Below, piece by piece: positions 14,814 through 27,930 of a DNA stretch of 64,000 nt. Location of the stretch: the NCBI RefSeq assembly GCF_009914755.1, contig NC_060944.1; one strand, given 5' to 3'. Origin of the DNA: the human T2T-CHM13v2.0 reference genome, Homo sapiens. The notes under the pieces were generated by a model. It had not been told where the DNA came from, searched no databases, and saw only the letters and a list, made by a program, of their open reading frames with translations. A program made the position numbers and the translations under genes. Numbering within the stretch: position 1 is the first letter of the stretch; every line of letters begins with the position of its first letter.

Positions 14814-16059
14814 AGGGTCACAGCAGCCCCTCCCTGGCCCCCTTTCTGCAGGGCTTGGCTTTTGTGTTCATTCTGAGTCCCTTGCACTTGTCCCTCAGTT
14901 CAATCAACACCTCTACATCTCTCCTGTGTACTGGGCTGTGTGTGTGTGTGTGTGTGTCTCCACTTCTCCCTCCTTCCCACCTGTTCTCGCCAGTCTCTAA
15001 GGCACTCTGAAATCTGCCCTGGCTGTATGTGTGTGGGTTCACAGGGCGAGGTCTGTGCACGTGAACCAGTATGTGACAAGCTGTCAGGGCATCATCTCTG
15101 CCACTGTACCTAATCCTTCACTCTCACCCTGGGGTAATTTCCTTTGTACTTTCCTTTGGTCCACACATGCAGAACAGCTCTTGTGAGTTGTGCACACAGG
15201 TGTGTGTGTGTGTGTGCGCGCGCGCGCGTGTGTGTGTGGTGTAGGGGGAGAGACAGAGAGACAGATCTCCTCTTCCCTTTGCTCTCTCTGGCTGCATCTT
15301 GACCTTTGCACACCTGCCCGGATCCATCTCTCTCTCCACTTCTCCTAAACCTCTCCTTGTCTCTTTCTGCATCATCTCTGAGGCTTTGCTTTCCCTCTGC
15401 AGATGAGAGAGGGTGCTCTGTCCATCCATCCATCTATCCATCTGTCTGTCTGTCCAAGAGTTATTTGTGGGCCCTTTTCTACCTCCCCACCCCTTTCCTG
15501 GGCCTGCACTCTTGTCACCCGCCCCCCTGCACCCTCCTGCGGGGCCATTTCAGCGCCCACCCTCTTCACCTCTCCATCTCCATCCCTCCCCGCTTGTGGG
15601 TTCTGGACCGGGACCTGAGAACAAAGCTGCCTCCTGGGCCCCACACCCATCACCCGGCCCCAAACCCTTCAAGGCCCGTTGGGCTTGGCATCCTGTTTGG
15701 CTCCTTCCCTCATCAGGGGGCCTCATGCAGCCTCACTCCACTTCCAGCAGGTCACCCCTGCCGGGCCATTCCCCTGCCACTCTCTTATGCCCCCCTCTAG
15801 CTCAAGGCGATTTCCTTCCTGCCTTATAAATCCCCTACCCCCAATTCAGGTCTCCCAGGGGCCTCTCCTTTTCCATGTGGGGGTCTAGGAGTCGGTCTTT
15901 CTCTCCTGGTCAGGTTCCATTTTATTTCCTTTTTCCTCTGACTTGGTCGGGTTTTGTTCTTCCCTGGGCATCACTGGTACCTGTGTGTGTGTGTCTGTTC
16001 CTGTCTCCCTGTCTGACGCATTCACCTTTCCTTCCACCTTTTATCCTCTTCCTCTCATT

Positions 16060-16250
16060 TCAAAGAATTGGGATCTAACTTACATATCGTAAGATGCACA
16101 AATCTGAAATGAAAAGCTTTGATGAATTTCACATGTGTCTGCACCTGTGCCTCCACCACCCGGAGCAAGAAACAGACCGTCCTGGCCCTCGAGTGCAGGC
16201 TCCCTCCCACCCGCCCCTTGAGGCTCGGGGTGTTTCTCACTGTGTGTATG
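16060..16250 (-). mobile_element. Old L1M 3'-end fragment
   Basis: ctaacttacatatcgtaagatgcacaaatctg...gctttgatgaatttcacatgtg...accacccggagcaag. Confidence 0.5.
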
Positions 16251-18729
16251 CGTGACATTTTGTCTGTCTGTCTATCCTGCAACTTTCTCAGCTGTTGCTT
16301 CCCTCTGGGAGCCCCTTGTCTTTGTTCCTGCGCTCCATCAGCGGTTATTGAACACCTCCTAAGACGGGCTCCGCGTGTGCCTACCTCCCTCCCCTACTAC
16401 CCTCCCTGCCTGCTCTCTCCCGCTCCGCTCCCTCTCCAAGTTGTTATTGAATTCTGCTTCTATTCTGTGCGTCCCTGTAGGAGTGTGTGTGTGTGTGTGT
16501 GTGTGCGCGCGTCTCCCCGATTGCCCACCACCTCCCCCCTCGCTCTCCTTCCCCCACCTCTGCCTTCCTCCCTTTCTCTCCCACTCCTGGGGGCTCCATC
16601 GAGATTGTTCCAGGGTAGCCCAGCCCCGTGTCTCTCTCTGGCTCTTCCACCCCTCCTTCCTCCCCTCGCTGTCTCTGAGGGATGGGCGCAGGCTGGCTCT
16701 CACCCTGGGCATGTGCCGGCCTGTCCGTCTCCATGCCAGCTCTGGCCGCCTCCTCCTGCCCCTGGCATCCCCCCATTCCCTTCTGCCAACTCCCTTTGCT
16801 CCACACATAAGCTGCCAACATCGGGGTCTCTAGCCAGGATCTCCGAGCCGAGCCCAGACCTGTCCACTCATCACGGTCCATCTCTTCCGCTGCAGAGCAA
16901 CCCCCAGCCCCCTTCAAGCCCCTACCCCATCCCTCCCCTCCACATCCTGAGCTGTCTTGCTGTCCGTACCTCCTTCTCACTCACTCCAGCTGCGATTTGT
17001 GCCTGACCTCCCGCATGGCTCTCACCAGCACCTCGCCTACCTCCCTGCAGACATGACCTTGTCCTCATCTTCCTCAACTTCTCTGGCATCTGACTGTAGA
17101 CACATTGGTCCCCTAAGCCTGCCCTGCTTCCAGAGGACTCCTTCTCCGAGCCTTGGCCTTCTAACATACTGTTGTTCCTTGTCCTCTTCTCCCTTCCCAC
17201 CACGCCTGGTGACTGTCCCCACTCTGGGGCTCAGCTCCCCCTTTGTAGGGACCACCCCACCTCCATCCCCTGAGTTCCAGCCCTCCCTGCATACAACCTT
17301 CCGGACATTCCATGGGCACCTCACGATGGACTCACACACCCCTCTTTGCCAAAGCCTGGGGTGTCCCGCCTCATATGCCCACTACCTGGCAGCACCCAGC
17401 TCAGACCCTGGGCTGGTCCGCTTCCCCTCCCCGCCCACGTCCGGTCCATGTGGTCCCCCAATGGGTCTCGCCCCGTCCCTTCCCCAGCACCTTGCCTTGG
17501 GATTCATGTCCCCTCCTGGGCTGTGCTCTAGTCCCCTCCTTGGAGTCTCTGTCACCTGTCACCTCCTGCAGTGCAGCAGCCCGTGCAGTGCTCTGGCCTG
17601 CACTTGGCTCACAGCAGGCAAATTTGGTCGTGCCTTTGGTAGATGCTCCCTGACCCAGCACCCACAGGGGGCGGACTTAGGGATACGGAGGCAGATCCGC
17701 GGCCCTGGTCCCTGGTCTGGTGGGGAGACTCCAGTGGAGTGTGCTGGGCCGCGGGCCGTAGGCTCATACGCTCCTCCTCAGCTGTGACTTCTCTCTTCTA
17801 GTGAACCCCTCTCTTTCCTCCTGCCTCCTGTTGTCCCACCCAACTCTTTCCACTGCAGTGGGGTGTTTCGGCCTGTCTGAGGGAGGGTCTGCGGGCCTGT
17901 CCCCGTCTGTCTGTCTGTCTCTGTCTGTCAGCGCTGCGTATCTGGTCTGCCTGTCCCTCTGTCTTCGTGTCTGTGAGAGATGTGTGTGTGTGTGTGCATT
18001 CTGCTGTTGGGCAGTCCTGGCGTCTGATTTGTGCGTGTGTGTGTTTCTTGTGTTGGGGTGTGTGTGTGGTGGTCTGTGTGTCCTGGAGTGGGTTTCTGGC
18101 TGGCCGGTTTTGCCGGTGTGGAGGGAGGCCTGCAGCATGGCAGCTGTCTGTAGGGGGCTGTCTGTGTGTCTGTCTCGGTGTATGGGGCTGCTGGCCAGTC
18201 CTGCCTGGGTGCAGAGATGAGTTGGGGGAACTCCCTGAGTGCAGGGGTCTGTCTGGGTGATACCATCCATGTGTCCTTCCTTCCCTCTCTGGGGGCTCTG
18301 GAGGCATCACGACTCCCCTCTCTCTGTCCGTCTCCCCCTCGTCTTCCCTGAGTCCCCTCCTGGAGGCTTTGTCAGGATCTGCTTGTCACTGCCTTGCCTG
18401 GCACGAGGCCTGCGTCACAGAGCGCAGCTGAGACCCTCTCCCTGCGTGGGCCTGGTGTGTGCATCATCTGGGAGCCCCTGGCGGTGTAGGGAGCCTTGCC
18501 TCGCCGCTCCGAGCTCTCCAGCCCCTCTCTCTCTCCCTCTGAGCCTTTCTGGAGCTTTCTTCCCCTTCCCGCGTGCGTCAGGCCTCTGTCTGTGCCGTGG
18601 AGCTCCCACCCTCGCCCCTCTGGTGGCCTTCCTGCTGCTGAGTGAGTTTGTCTGGAACTTTCAAGGTGTACCTGAGCCCTGCACCCACAAACTCCTACGG
18701 GGCAGGGCTGGGCAGAGCCAGGCAGGGCC

Positions 18730-19225
18730 CTGACATGTTCCTCAGTCCTCACCAGAGCCCCGATTCCCTCCAGGAGCCTTACCTTTTGGAAGCGGATCCA
18801 AGGCCCTCACCCGACCTTCAGGGAAGGCCCTTTGGCTCTAGCCTGCGCCCTCCTCGGCCGCCCACAGACCCCGCCACTTTTTGTGCTGCAGTTGCCCTGC
18901 CGTTTCTGTGCCTTCGATACACAGGCTGTTCCCGCTGCCTGGACTGCCCATCCCCAGAGAGGCCCTTCCTGGCCACACCATCTGAATGCGTCTCTGTCAC
19001 TCTATTTCCCCTTACGCTGCTGTTTGTCTTTATAACACTGATCACTCCCTGCCATCTTCTTACACGTTGATTTCTGGCTTAGTTTCAGTCTCTCACGCTA
19101 TCATCTCTGCCACTATGCTGTAAGCCCCATGAGGGCAGGCCCATGTCTGTGTCGTCCAGTGTTGCGTCTCCAGCTCCTAGAACAGCGCCTGGCATGTAGA
19201 AGGGGCTTGATTGAATGAACAATCT
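18730..19225 (+). mobile_element. L2 3' fragment
   Basis: Ends with the L2 terminus motif ctcctagaacagcgcctggcatgtag...ttgaatgaa. Confidence 0.7.
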
Positions 19226-20238
19226 CATTTCTGAGCTCTGTCTGGCCAGGATGCAGTGGAAATCCCTCCCCGCATTCACCCAGTCCCCAGGGAGGCCACA
19301 CCCAGCTCCGTCCTCCCCTTCCCAGTGTGCACATGGAGCCCGTGGCTGCCTCTCAAGCACTTCTGGCCATGTGTCCCTGGCTGCTTCAACCCTTCCTGGG
19401 CTCCCTCCATCCCGCGGGCGCCGTCCAGGCGTTAGCCTGGGCGTCAAACCCTTGCATGCTTCAACCCCCATTGCCTCTCAAGCCTCACCCCTTCTCTGTC
19501 ACCCCCACACCAGCCACCGGCCACCCAGATGGCCTGTCATCTCAGACACCACCCCGCCCTCACACACATTCTCACCCCTCCTGGCCCTTGCAAACTCTCT
19601 GTGTGAGGTGTCCCTTCCCAACCTGCCCCGGTGATCGGGCATCTGGCTCCAAGTCACCTCCCCCTGCAGACTGGGGGACTGTCCCCGCCTTCCCCTCCCC
19701 GTGCCTCCCACCCCTAAGCAGAGTCCGTGTCTCCCCTGCCACCGTGGCTTCCTGAGGGAAGGGGCTTCCAGGAGCACTCCTGCCGCACCGTGTGCTGATG
19801 GTGTCCCATCTGTCCGTCAGGCCAGGCCGTGAGCCACTCGGCTCTGAGTCCCCTGGGCCCAGGAGCGGCTTCCCCCCAGGCGGCTATAGAGAGGGACTCT
19901 GGAGGATGAGAGGAGGGGTCCTGTGTCCTGGCCCCTCGGCCCCTCCTCCTCTCCCTCTCTGTCTTCCTGCTCCTCTTCTGAGTGTCCCACGCCCAGTTTC
20001 CTCCCTACTGTGTGTGTCTGACTGTCTTTCTGCAACGCCTTCCCCCACTGGAGCATTAGTGCTTCATTGCTCCTTTTGGGCATCAAATACTTTGCCCTGT
20101 GTGTGTGTCACAGTGCCCCCCAGTGCCCTCTCTCAGTCAGTCTGTCTGTCTGTCCATCCGTCTATCTCATCACACTGTACTCTTTGCTTTCTCTCTGCCC
20201 TAGCCCTGGAGGTCATTGTCATTCTTTGAGCATGTGAG

Positions 20239-20270
<32 letters not shown>

Positions 20271-20613
20271 CACCAAACCCCCGCCTGGCCCCCTCTCTGT
20301 GGGGTCTGGCTTTTGTGCTCATTCTGTGAGTCACCGCATCCACTCCCTCCTTCAGGCAGCACCCCTCGAGTCGCTCCCGTGTGCTGGCCGGGCACGTGTG
20401 TGTGTGTGCATGTGTGAGTGTGTGCATGTGTGTGTGTGTGCGTGTCTGTGTTTCTCTGGCTCTTCCCCTGCCTCCAGCCTGTTCTCTGTCTCTAAGGCGT
20501 TACTGAAATCTGCCCTGGCTGTCAGAGAGACAGAGGTTGGGAGGGAAGGAAGGGAGGTGGTGGGCAGCTTCCCAGTGCCTGCTACTCACTGCCCGCTCCC
20601 GTTCTTCTCTGGC

Positions 20614-21835
20614 TGTCTCTCTCTCTGTCTCTCAGCCTCTCTGTCTGTCTCTCTCCATCTCTCAGCCTCTCTCTGTCTCTCTCCATTTCTCAGCATCTCT
20701 CTGTCTCTCTCCATCTCTCAGTCTCTGTCTCTCTCCATCTCTCAGCCTCTCTTTTTCTCTCTCCATCTCTCAGTCTCTTTCTGTCTCTCTCCATCTCTCA
20801 GTCTCTCTCTGTCTCTCTCCATCTCTCAGCATCTCTCTGTCTCTCTCCATCTCTCAGTCTCTCTCTGTCTCTCTCCATCTCTCAGACTCTCTCTGTCTCT
20901 CTCTTTGTCTCTCAGCCTCTCTCTCTGTCTCTCTCTGCTCCTGTTCTTCTCTCCCTCTCTCTCCATCTCTTGGCCTCTCTCCTCCCTTCTCAATTTTTCC
21001 AGATGTGCCATGTCTGACTCTGCTCATGCCACGTATTTCCCTTCCTCCTCCTCTCTTAGGCTCCGTCTTCTCCCACTTCTTCTGGACTCCTGTGCATCTG
21101 TGTGTGTCTGTGTGTGTGTCTCTGAGTGTGTATCTGTGTGTGTGTCTGTGAGCATGTGTGTTTGTGTGTCTGTGTGTATCTCTGTGTCTGTCTGTGTGTC
21201 TGTGTATTTCTGTGTATGTGTCTCTGTGTGTGTCTCTGAGTGTGTATCTTTGTGTGTCTGTGTGTGTCTGAGTGTGTGTGTCTCTGAGTGTGTATCTCTG
21301 TGTGTCCGTGAGTGTGTATTTCCGTGTGTCTCTGTGTATCTCTGTGTGTGTCTGTGTGTGTGTATTTCTGTGTGTCTCTGTGTATCTGTGTGTCTGTATG
21401 TGCGTCTGCGTGTGTATCCTGTGTGTGTGTCTCTATGTATGTCTCTGAGTATCTCTGTGTGTCTGTGAGTGTGTGTGTGTCTCTGAGTGTGTATCTCTGT
21501 GTCGGAGTGTGTGTCTGTGTGTGTTCTGGAGTATGTGTCTCTGTGGTCTGTGTCTCTGAGTGTGTGTCTGTTTCTGTGTGTGTCTGTGTGTCTGTGAGTG
21601 TGTCTCTATGTGTCCGTGTGTGTGTGTCTGTGACTGTGTGTATGTCTGTGTGTGTCTCTGAGTGTGTGTCTGTGTGTGTCTATGTGTGTCTGTGTGTGTG
21701 TATCTGTGTGTGTCTATGTGTCTGTGAATGTGTCTATGTGTGTCTGTGTGTGTCTCTGAGTGTGTCTGTGTGTATGTGTGTGTGTCTGTGTGTCTCTGAG
21801 TGTTTGTGTCTATGTGTGTCTGTGAGTGTGTCTCT
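20614..21835. repeat. CT-rich minisatellite (unit ~ctctctgtctctctccatctctcag, 20614-20990) followed by a ~740-bp TG/TC low-complexity tract
   Basis: Read directly from the sequence. Confidence 0.85.
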
Positions 21836-22804
21836 TTCCCCTCCCTCTGCCTACCCCTACCCTGCTGGGGGCCCTGGGAGGGGGGGGTCCATCCTGGGGT
21901 CTTGTCCTCTCACTGCTGCCTCCAGCTGGGTCTCACTGCTCCTGGAGCTCCATCCTGAGGGATCCCCACATCCCCCATGTTTCCCAGGAGGCCACAGAGC
22001 TAAACCCACCCTCTGGTCACACCTGGTCCCTGGTTCCAGAGCTGGAGGTTCCCACCCTCAGCCCACTCGCCCAGGCCAGGGCTGGCCTGCCCCTCCCCCA
22101 TCCACAAACCATCATGAGGACTCCTGAACTCCCCTCCACACCCCCGACAGCTCTCAATCCCCACCTCCCTCTCTACGGCTACCCCAACTCTCCCTGGAAG
22201 GACCCTGCTGGCTTCCTCTGTGGCCTCTGCTTCCGCTCCCATCAGGGTCAGAAACCCAGAGCAGTGCCTGTCCCAAGTCCTCCAGATGCCCACGCCCAGG
22301 CCCCGTCTGGCCCCTGCCTTCTCTGTCCTCTGTCCTCTGTCTCTGCCGCTATCTGTCTCCGTGTCTCACACCAGGATATTCTGCTCCTCCAAGCCTTTGT
22401 CCTTGTGCTCAGCCTTTGTCCTCTGCCTGGTGACCCGGCCCCTCTTTCCCCCATGCCTTCTTCCCCCTCTGGCAAACTCTTCTTCCTTCCCCAGGGCCCC
22501 GCTTTGTGCTCCTGGGCTCTGGGACCTTCCTCTGGGAGACCCTTTCCCTGCCCGGCCTCCAGGTCAGCCCAGACTTGCCCCCAGATCGAGGTAGTTTCAA
22601 GGGGAACCGGCTGCAGCCCAACCTAACCCTGGAAGCCTGCACACAGCAGCAGGTCGCCCCAAACACACCCCAGTCTCCTTCTCAGTGGGTGCCAGCCTGT
22701 TTGGGGTTTGGGGCTCAGTGCCTTGGAGGCCTACCCCACCTTGCCAGCCCCTCCTCGTTCCTTGCCCACAGCCTCCCTGCTCCTCCTTCCCCATGTGCAA
22801 ACAC

Positions 22805-23045
22805 ATGTGTATGTATATGTGTGTATGTATGTGTATGCATGAGTGTGTATGCACGTGTGCGCACACCTGTGTGCGTGTGCATGCGTGTGCATGCACGCAT
22901 GTGTGTATGTATGTGTATGCGTGAGTGTGTATGCACGTGTGTATGTGTGTGTATGCATGTGTATGCAAGCGTATGTGTGCATGTTGATGTGTGTATATAT
23001 GTGCGTGTGTGCATGTGTGCATATTGTGTGTGTATGCGTGTGCGT
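22805..23045. repeat. Alternating purine-pyrimidine (TG/TA/CA/CG) tract
   Basis: Read directly from the sequence. Confidence 0.85.
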
Positions 23046-23772
23046 CTGATGGCCTCCCCTCACTGTTCTCTGTAACTTCATCTCCATTCACTCCCTCTGC
23101 GACAGTTTTGTTTCTTTATCTTCTTTCTTCTTCCCAGCCATGCGTTTTTTTTCCCGATTGCAAAGGTAATGCTCCATCTTCATGACAGGATGTTTAGAAA
23201 ATACAGAGAAAACAATCGAAGCCTCTGTGGGTTCCGTTTCCCAAGAAGAGAGGCCTCTGGGTGTAGGTTGGGAAGTGGCCCCCACGTTGGTCTGTAGCCC
23301 GGGCCCCCATGCACAGGTGTGCATACCTTGCACACTCTTGTCCGCCCCTTCTTCCCTTGGGCTCTGCCTGGCCCTCTCTCTGTTCCTCTCAGGGACTCTG
23401 CCTTTCTCAGTCTGTCACCGTCTCTCTGGTCTGTCTCTGAGCCCCTCTGTCTCTGGGCGCCTTCCTCCGTCTCCGTTCTGCCCTCACCCTGGGGATTCCC
23501 ACACACATCCACTTTCATTCATTCACAAACCCCACTCTGCAGACGCCGGGCCACACTGTGTGTGTCTGTGGGAGAGCGTGCCTCCTGCTGTCTCTGAAGG
23601 TTCCTTGGATTTTGTCCCTACCTGTGGGAGCTCCTGGGGTGCATATGGGGGGCGGGGTATCCACACATCTGGCTCCCTGGACACCTTCTGCCTGTGTGTG
23701 CGCTTGTCTTTCTGCCGCCTCCCTTTCTCTGCACCTTCGTGAACTGCCATCTTGCCCTTCACTGCATCCTCT

Positions 23773-23803
<31 letters not shown>

Positions 23804-24227
23804 CGTGTGTGTGTCCCTCCACTCACTTTTGTCTCCCTCGCCTCCTCTCTGTGGTTTCTTCATAGTTCGCTCTCCCTCTATTCCCCCGGGTCACCCCCAT
23901 TCATCATTTCTTTTGCTCATTCAAAGATGGAGCATCATTTCTTTCTAAATTATCTGCCGTGAGCACAGAGAGCTTTATTACCTTTGTAATAAAAAAAAAA
24001 CCATGAACATTGCACCCACCACCCACAGGAGTAACAGGGTGCTGGTGCCTATTGCTCGTGTCCCTTTGAGGTGTGCCTGTGCGGGGGTGAGTGAGTGTGT
24101 CTGTCTGTCCTTCCACCTCCAGGCTTCCTGGCTGCCTCTCCTTCCTCCTCTTCTCCACCCTTTTTCCTGGAGATTTCTGGAATTTCACTCTCGCCGCTCC
24201 TGCTGTGAGCCTGAAGAAGGGGCTGTG

Positions 24228-24258
<31 letters not shown>

Positions 24259-26194
24259 TGTGAGTGTGGGCGCTGAGGGTTGTGTGTGTGTGGTGGGTGG
24301 GTGTGAGCCAGGCTGCATGTACTCCCGCCTTCCCTCACCGCCTCTGCAGCCCTGCCAGCTTTTGTTCCCCTCTGCGAACATTTCCTTTCTTTCAGAAATG
24401 ACATTTATTGTTTTCCTTTGGTTTCAGATGTCATATGTGTTCCCTGTAGAAAAGGTGGAAAATACCAAAAAGAATGTGCAGAGGAAGACAAATAAAAATC
24501 CCTGTGCTCCCAACTCCCAGGGAGAGAGGAGCCGTCGCCGACATTTTGGGGAGCTTTTCATTATCTTTGCCTTGTGTCTGTGCACTGTTTTTCTCGCTTT
24601 TTCTTTGCAGATTCTACCCCACTCTCTACTCTCTTATTCATTCCTTCAGAAACATTTGGGGGTCCCCACTTGGGGCACCCCTGTGTGTCTTCGTCAGCCC
24701 ATCTGAATGTCTTTGTTGGGAAGGTCCGTCTGTTTGAGGGTCTCCTACCTCTCTCCCTTCGTGTGGGTGTGAGTGCGTGTGTGTGTGTGTGTGTGGGGGG
24801 GGGGAAGCAGCTAGAAAGAAATAGTTGGGGGGAGAGAGAGACAGAAAGAGACCCTGCGTCCTCCGCCCTTCCTCCCTCCTCCTTCCTCCTCTGCCCGCTT
24901 CGGGATGCAGGGATAACTGTGCTAGGTGCCTGCCTGTGGCCCCCAGTCCCTTTTCCTGTCCCCATCCCTTTGTCTTTGGGTTCCTAAAGGATGGCACAGA
25001 GCCTCCAGGAGCGGAGTGGGGCGGTGTAGGCAGAGGACACAGCTCCTAGCAGCAAGTGGAAGCAGGAAACGGTTCTGTTTCCAGGAGCTTTCCTCATGTG
25101 GCCCGGGAGATGAGGGGGTAGGGGACCAGGGGACTGGCCACGGAGGAGCTTCCCTCTTGCTCTACCCTCATAGGGGCTGGGAAGTGGGCCGTGCCGTGGG
25201 AGCACCAATTACCTGTTGTCAGCATGCAGTGGGACCCCTGCTTGACCCCTGGCTTCTGCCACCCAAGCCGGAGTGTCCTGCTTCCTGCCATTCTGAACCC
25301 CAAACATCTCCCTGAGGTCCTGTCTCCTCCCTGCCCCCTTGCCCTGGCCTGGGCTTTGTCATTGCAGGCCTGGATTCTGCCTGGGACCCCTCCACTAGCC
25401 TGCAGTGACTTCACAGTGTGGCTGAGAGGCCCTGGGGGGTGGGGGTGGGAATGGTGAGCAGAGGGATGGAGTGGCCCATAAGAGTCCCATACTGTCATGA
25501 GGTTCCCAGCCTAAACTCTGACCCCGAACTAGCTGTACCCCGTCTCTGCCTCAGTTTCTCCCCAAGGCCTCCAGCTCAGTACAGGGCAGGAGGACATCAG
25601 AGAGGGGCATGGAGTGTGGATTTGGAGCAGGTAGGTCTGAGTCTCCCTCCAGGGTCGCTGCTTTCATCCTCACCCTTGAGCGTCAGTTTCCTCCTCTCTG
25701 ACATGGAGCTGCCACTAGCTTCTCTTCCAAAGGCTGTGCACCTGGCCAGTGCCAGGAACGTTTTCTCCGATGGCACTACAGTCATTCTTATCACTGGCGA
25801 TGGCGCCCCCAGCCCCTCTCCTGGCGCACAGGAGGGCTCCCTGGCTGGCATTTGAATGAGTGACTCAGAGAGACTTGGAGAGCAGGCCTGACCAAGGCAG
25901 GTGGACAGAGGGACAGATGTGTGAACACACACAGGCGTGCGGGCACCACACGCACAGCAGCACTCACCCATGGATTGGAAGGAAATGGAATTTAATTCTA
26001 GAGACAGGCACTGAGAAACAGAAGACAAAAGTTGTGGGGTTGGGGGCCAGGAGAAAGACCCTCCAGGGGCAGACCTGGAGCCCAACACAAAGACTGGGAC
26101 TCAGCACACAGCCTGCCCTGGAGGGCTTTAGGGTCTGCACCAACGTGCCGGCCACCAGCTGCGCGAGAGGGGAATGGAACACAGACTCCAGGAG

Positions 26195-26620
26195 GACAGA
26201 GGTGGGGAGAGAGACAGAGAGGGAGAGAGAGAGACAGAGAAATGGAGAGGGAGATGGAGAGGCACAGAGAGAGAATGGGAGGGAGGGAGAGACAGAGAGG
26301 GAGGGAGAGAGAGATGGAGAGAGAGCAGGGAGGAGAGAGAGAGGGAGGGAGAGACAGAGGGGGAGAGAGAAATGGAGAGGGCAACAGAGAGACACACAGA
26401 GAGACATGGAGAGAGGGAGGGAGAGAGACAGACAGAGACAGAGAGATGAAGAGACACAGAGGGAAACAGAGGAAGAGATGCAGAAACCCAGAGCATAACA
26501 GTAACCCGGAGAGAGACAGAGAGACAGAGAGATATAGAGAGACAGAGAGAGACAGAGGGAGAGATAAAGGGAGGCAAAAAGGCAGAGAGACCCAGGGAGA
26601 GACAGAGATGCCCAGAGAGA
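26195..26620. repeat. GA-rich low-complexity tract
   Basis: Read directly. Its polarity is opposite to the surrounding CT-rich tracts. Confidence 0.85.
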
Positions 26621-27699
26621 CAGCAAGAGTCCAGAAGGGTGCAGAGTAAGGGGTGATGTGGGAGACAGAGGGAGCCAGGGAGGGAGAGGGAGCTGAGGAG
26701 GGAGGCGTGTCCAGTGGGGACTGAGGGGTGAGAAAGTGCCCTGAGGGGAGGTCTTGGCTGTGGGAAGAGCCTGGGCCAATGCCAGGAAAGCTGCTGTTGC
26801 CCTGTTTTAGCAGACATTAGGAATTCTGGACTTTACTGCATGGCCCGTAGGGAGCTAGTGAAGGTTATAGAGCAAGGGGGTGATCTGTCACAGTTGGGGA
26901 GTTTGATAATGTGCCCTCTGGCAGCAAGGAAGAAGAAGGAAGGTGCAGAGGCTGTGAGGGGCTGCGGTGGCAGTAGGGAAGAAGGAAAGAGGTTGGTCCA
27001 CGCAGGTGTGGCTCCTCCGAGATGTTTAATAGGTACTCAGGGAATAAGCATGGGAGACAAACTATGGAGGGCTGCGGGTGGTGAGGATGGGGGAGGGAAG
27101 GCTGGTCAGGATCACTGGGGACATGAGTGGCCTTCCCCAGCTTTGACACTTTGCTATGGCTGTCCCCTCGGTCTGGGATGCACCCTCCTTCCCTCCTCCT
27201 CCCCTTTACCCAGCTCCCTTCTTCTCACAGCACCCCTTCCTGTCACCCCACAAGTGGGCATCCTGCCTTGGGGCTCCCATGACCCCTGGGCACCACCTCA
27301 TTGTTGCTGCTGTTCCCATCTTCTCTTGTAATTATTTGTCTCTCTGTACCTGCCTCGTACCCAGGCCAGGGGTGGCGGAGGGTGGGCCTGGCACTCCAGT
27401 TCTCTCTGGAGATTTTCCTCGCCTGCCTAGCATGGGGCTGAGTGCACTCAGTGGATCCTGGGAGCAGCTGGAAGAAGGAACACACCTTCTTTCTCCACCT
27501 GGCTAACTTCTATGCATCCTTCGAGGCCCTGCTCAAATGGCCCTTCCTTCCGAAGCCTTTCCTGCTTCCCCTTTAGAAAGTGGCTTCCACTCCGGGCTCT
27601 CTCATAACAAGCCTCAGTCACATCATGGGTCTCTTTGTGTCCGTCTGCCTTTCTCAAGGCTATTGGTGCTCAAGGACAAAACAAGACGGAACAGAAGAG

Positions 27700-27930
27700 C
27701 AGCAGCCATGAATCCTTACACAGCGCTCACCACATGCTGGAAACTGTCCTAAGCACCTTCCGTGGGCTTTTCATTTAATCCTTACGGGACAAGTATAGAC
27801 CCTATGATTATTTCCTTTCACGGATGGTGAAACCAAGGCTCAGAGAGGTGAAAAGACTTGTCCCAGGTCACACGGCAAGTAAGTAGTGAAGGTAGGATTT
27901 GAACCCAGGCTGTCTGGCTCCAGAATCACC
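27700..27930. mobile_element. MIR
   Basis: tcatttaatcctta...gaaaccaaggctcagagaggtgaaaagacttgtcccaggtcacacggcaagtaagt...ggatttgaacccaggctgtctggctcc. Confidence 0.85.

Noticed and set aside
17660-17677. CTCF-like motif cccacagggggcgg (also cagcaggggg at ~11450)
   Set aside because: Several mismatches in the core, and likely by chance in GC-rich DNA. It cannot be supported without ChIP data.
20299-22127. 389-aa and 271-aa Cys/Val/Ser/Leu-rich ORFs
   Set aside because: They are translations of CT and TG repeats with no domain signature.
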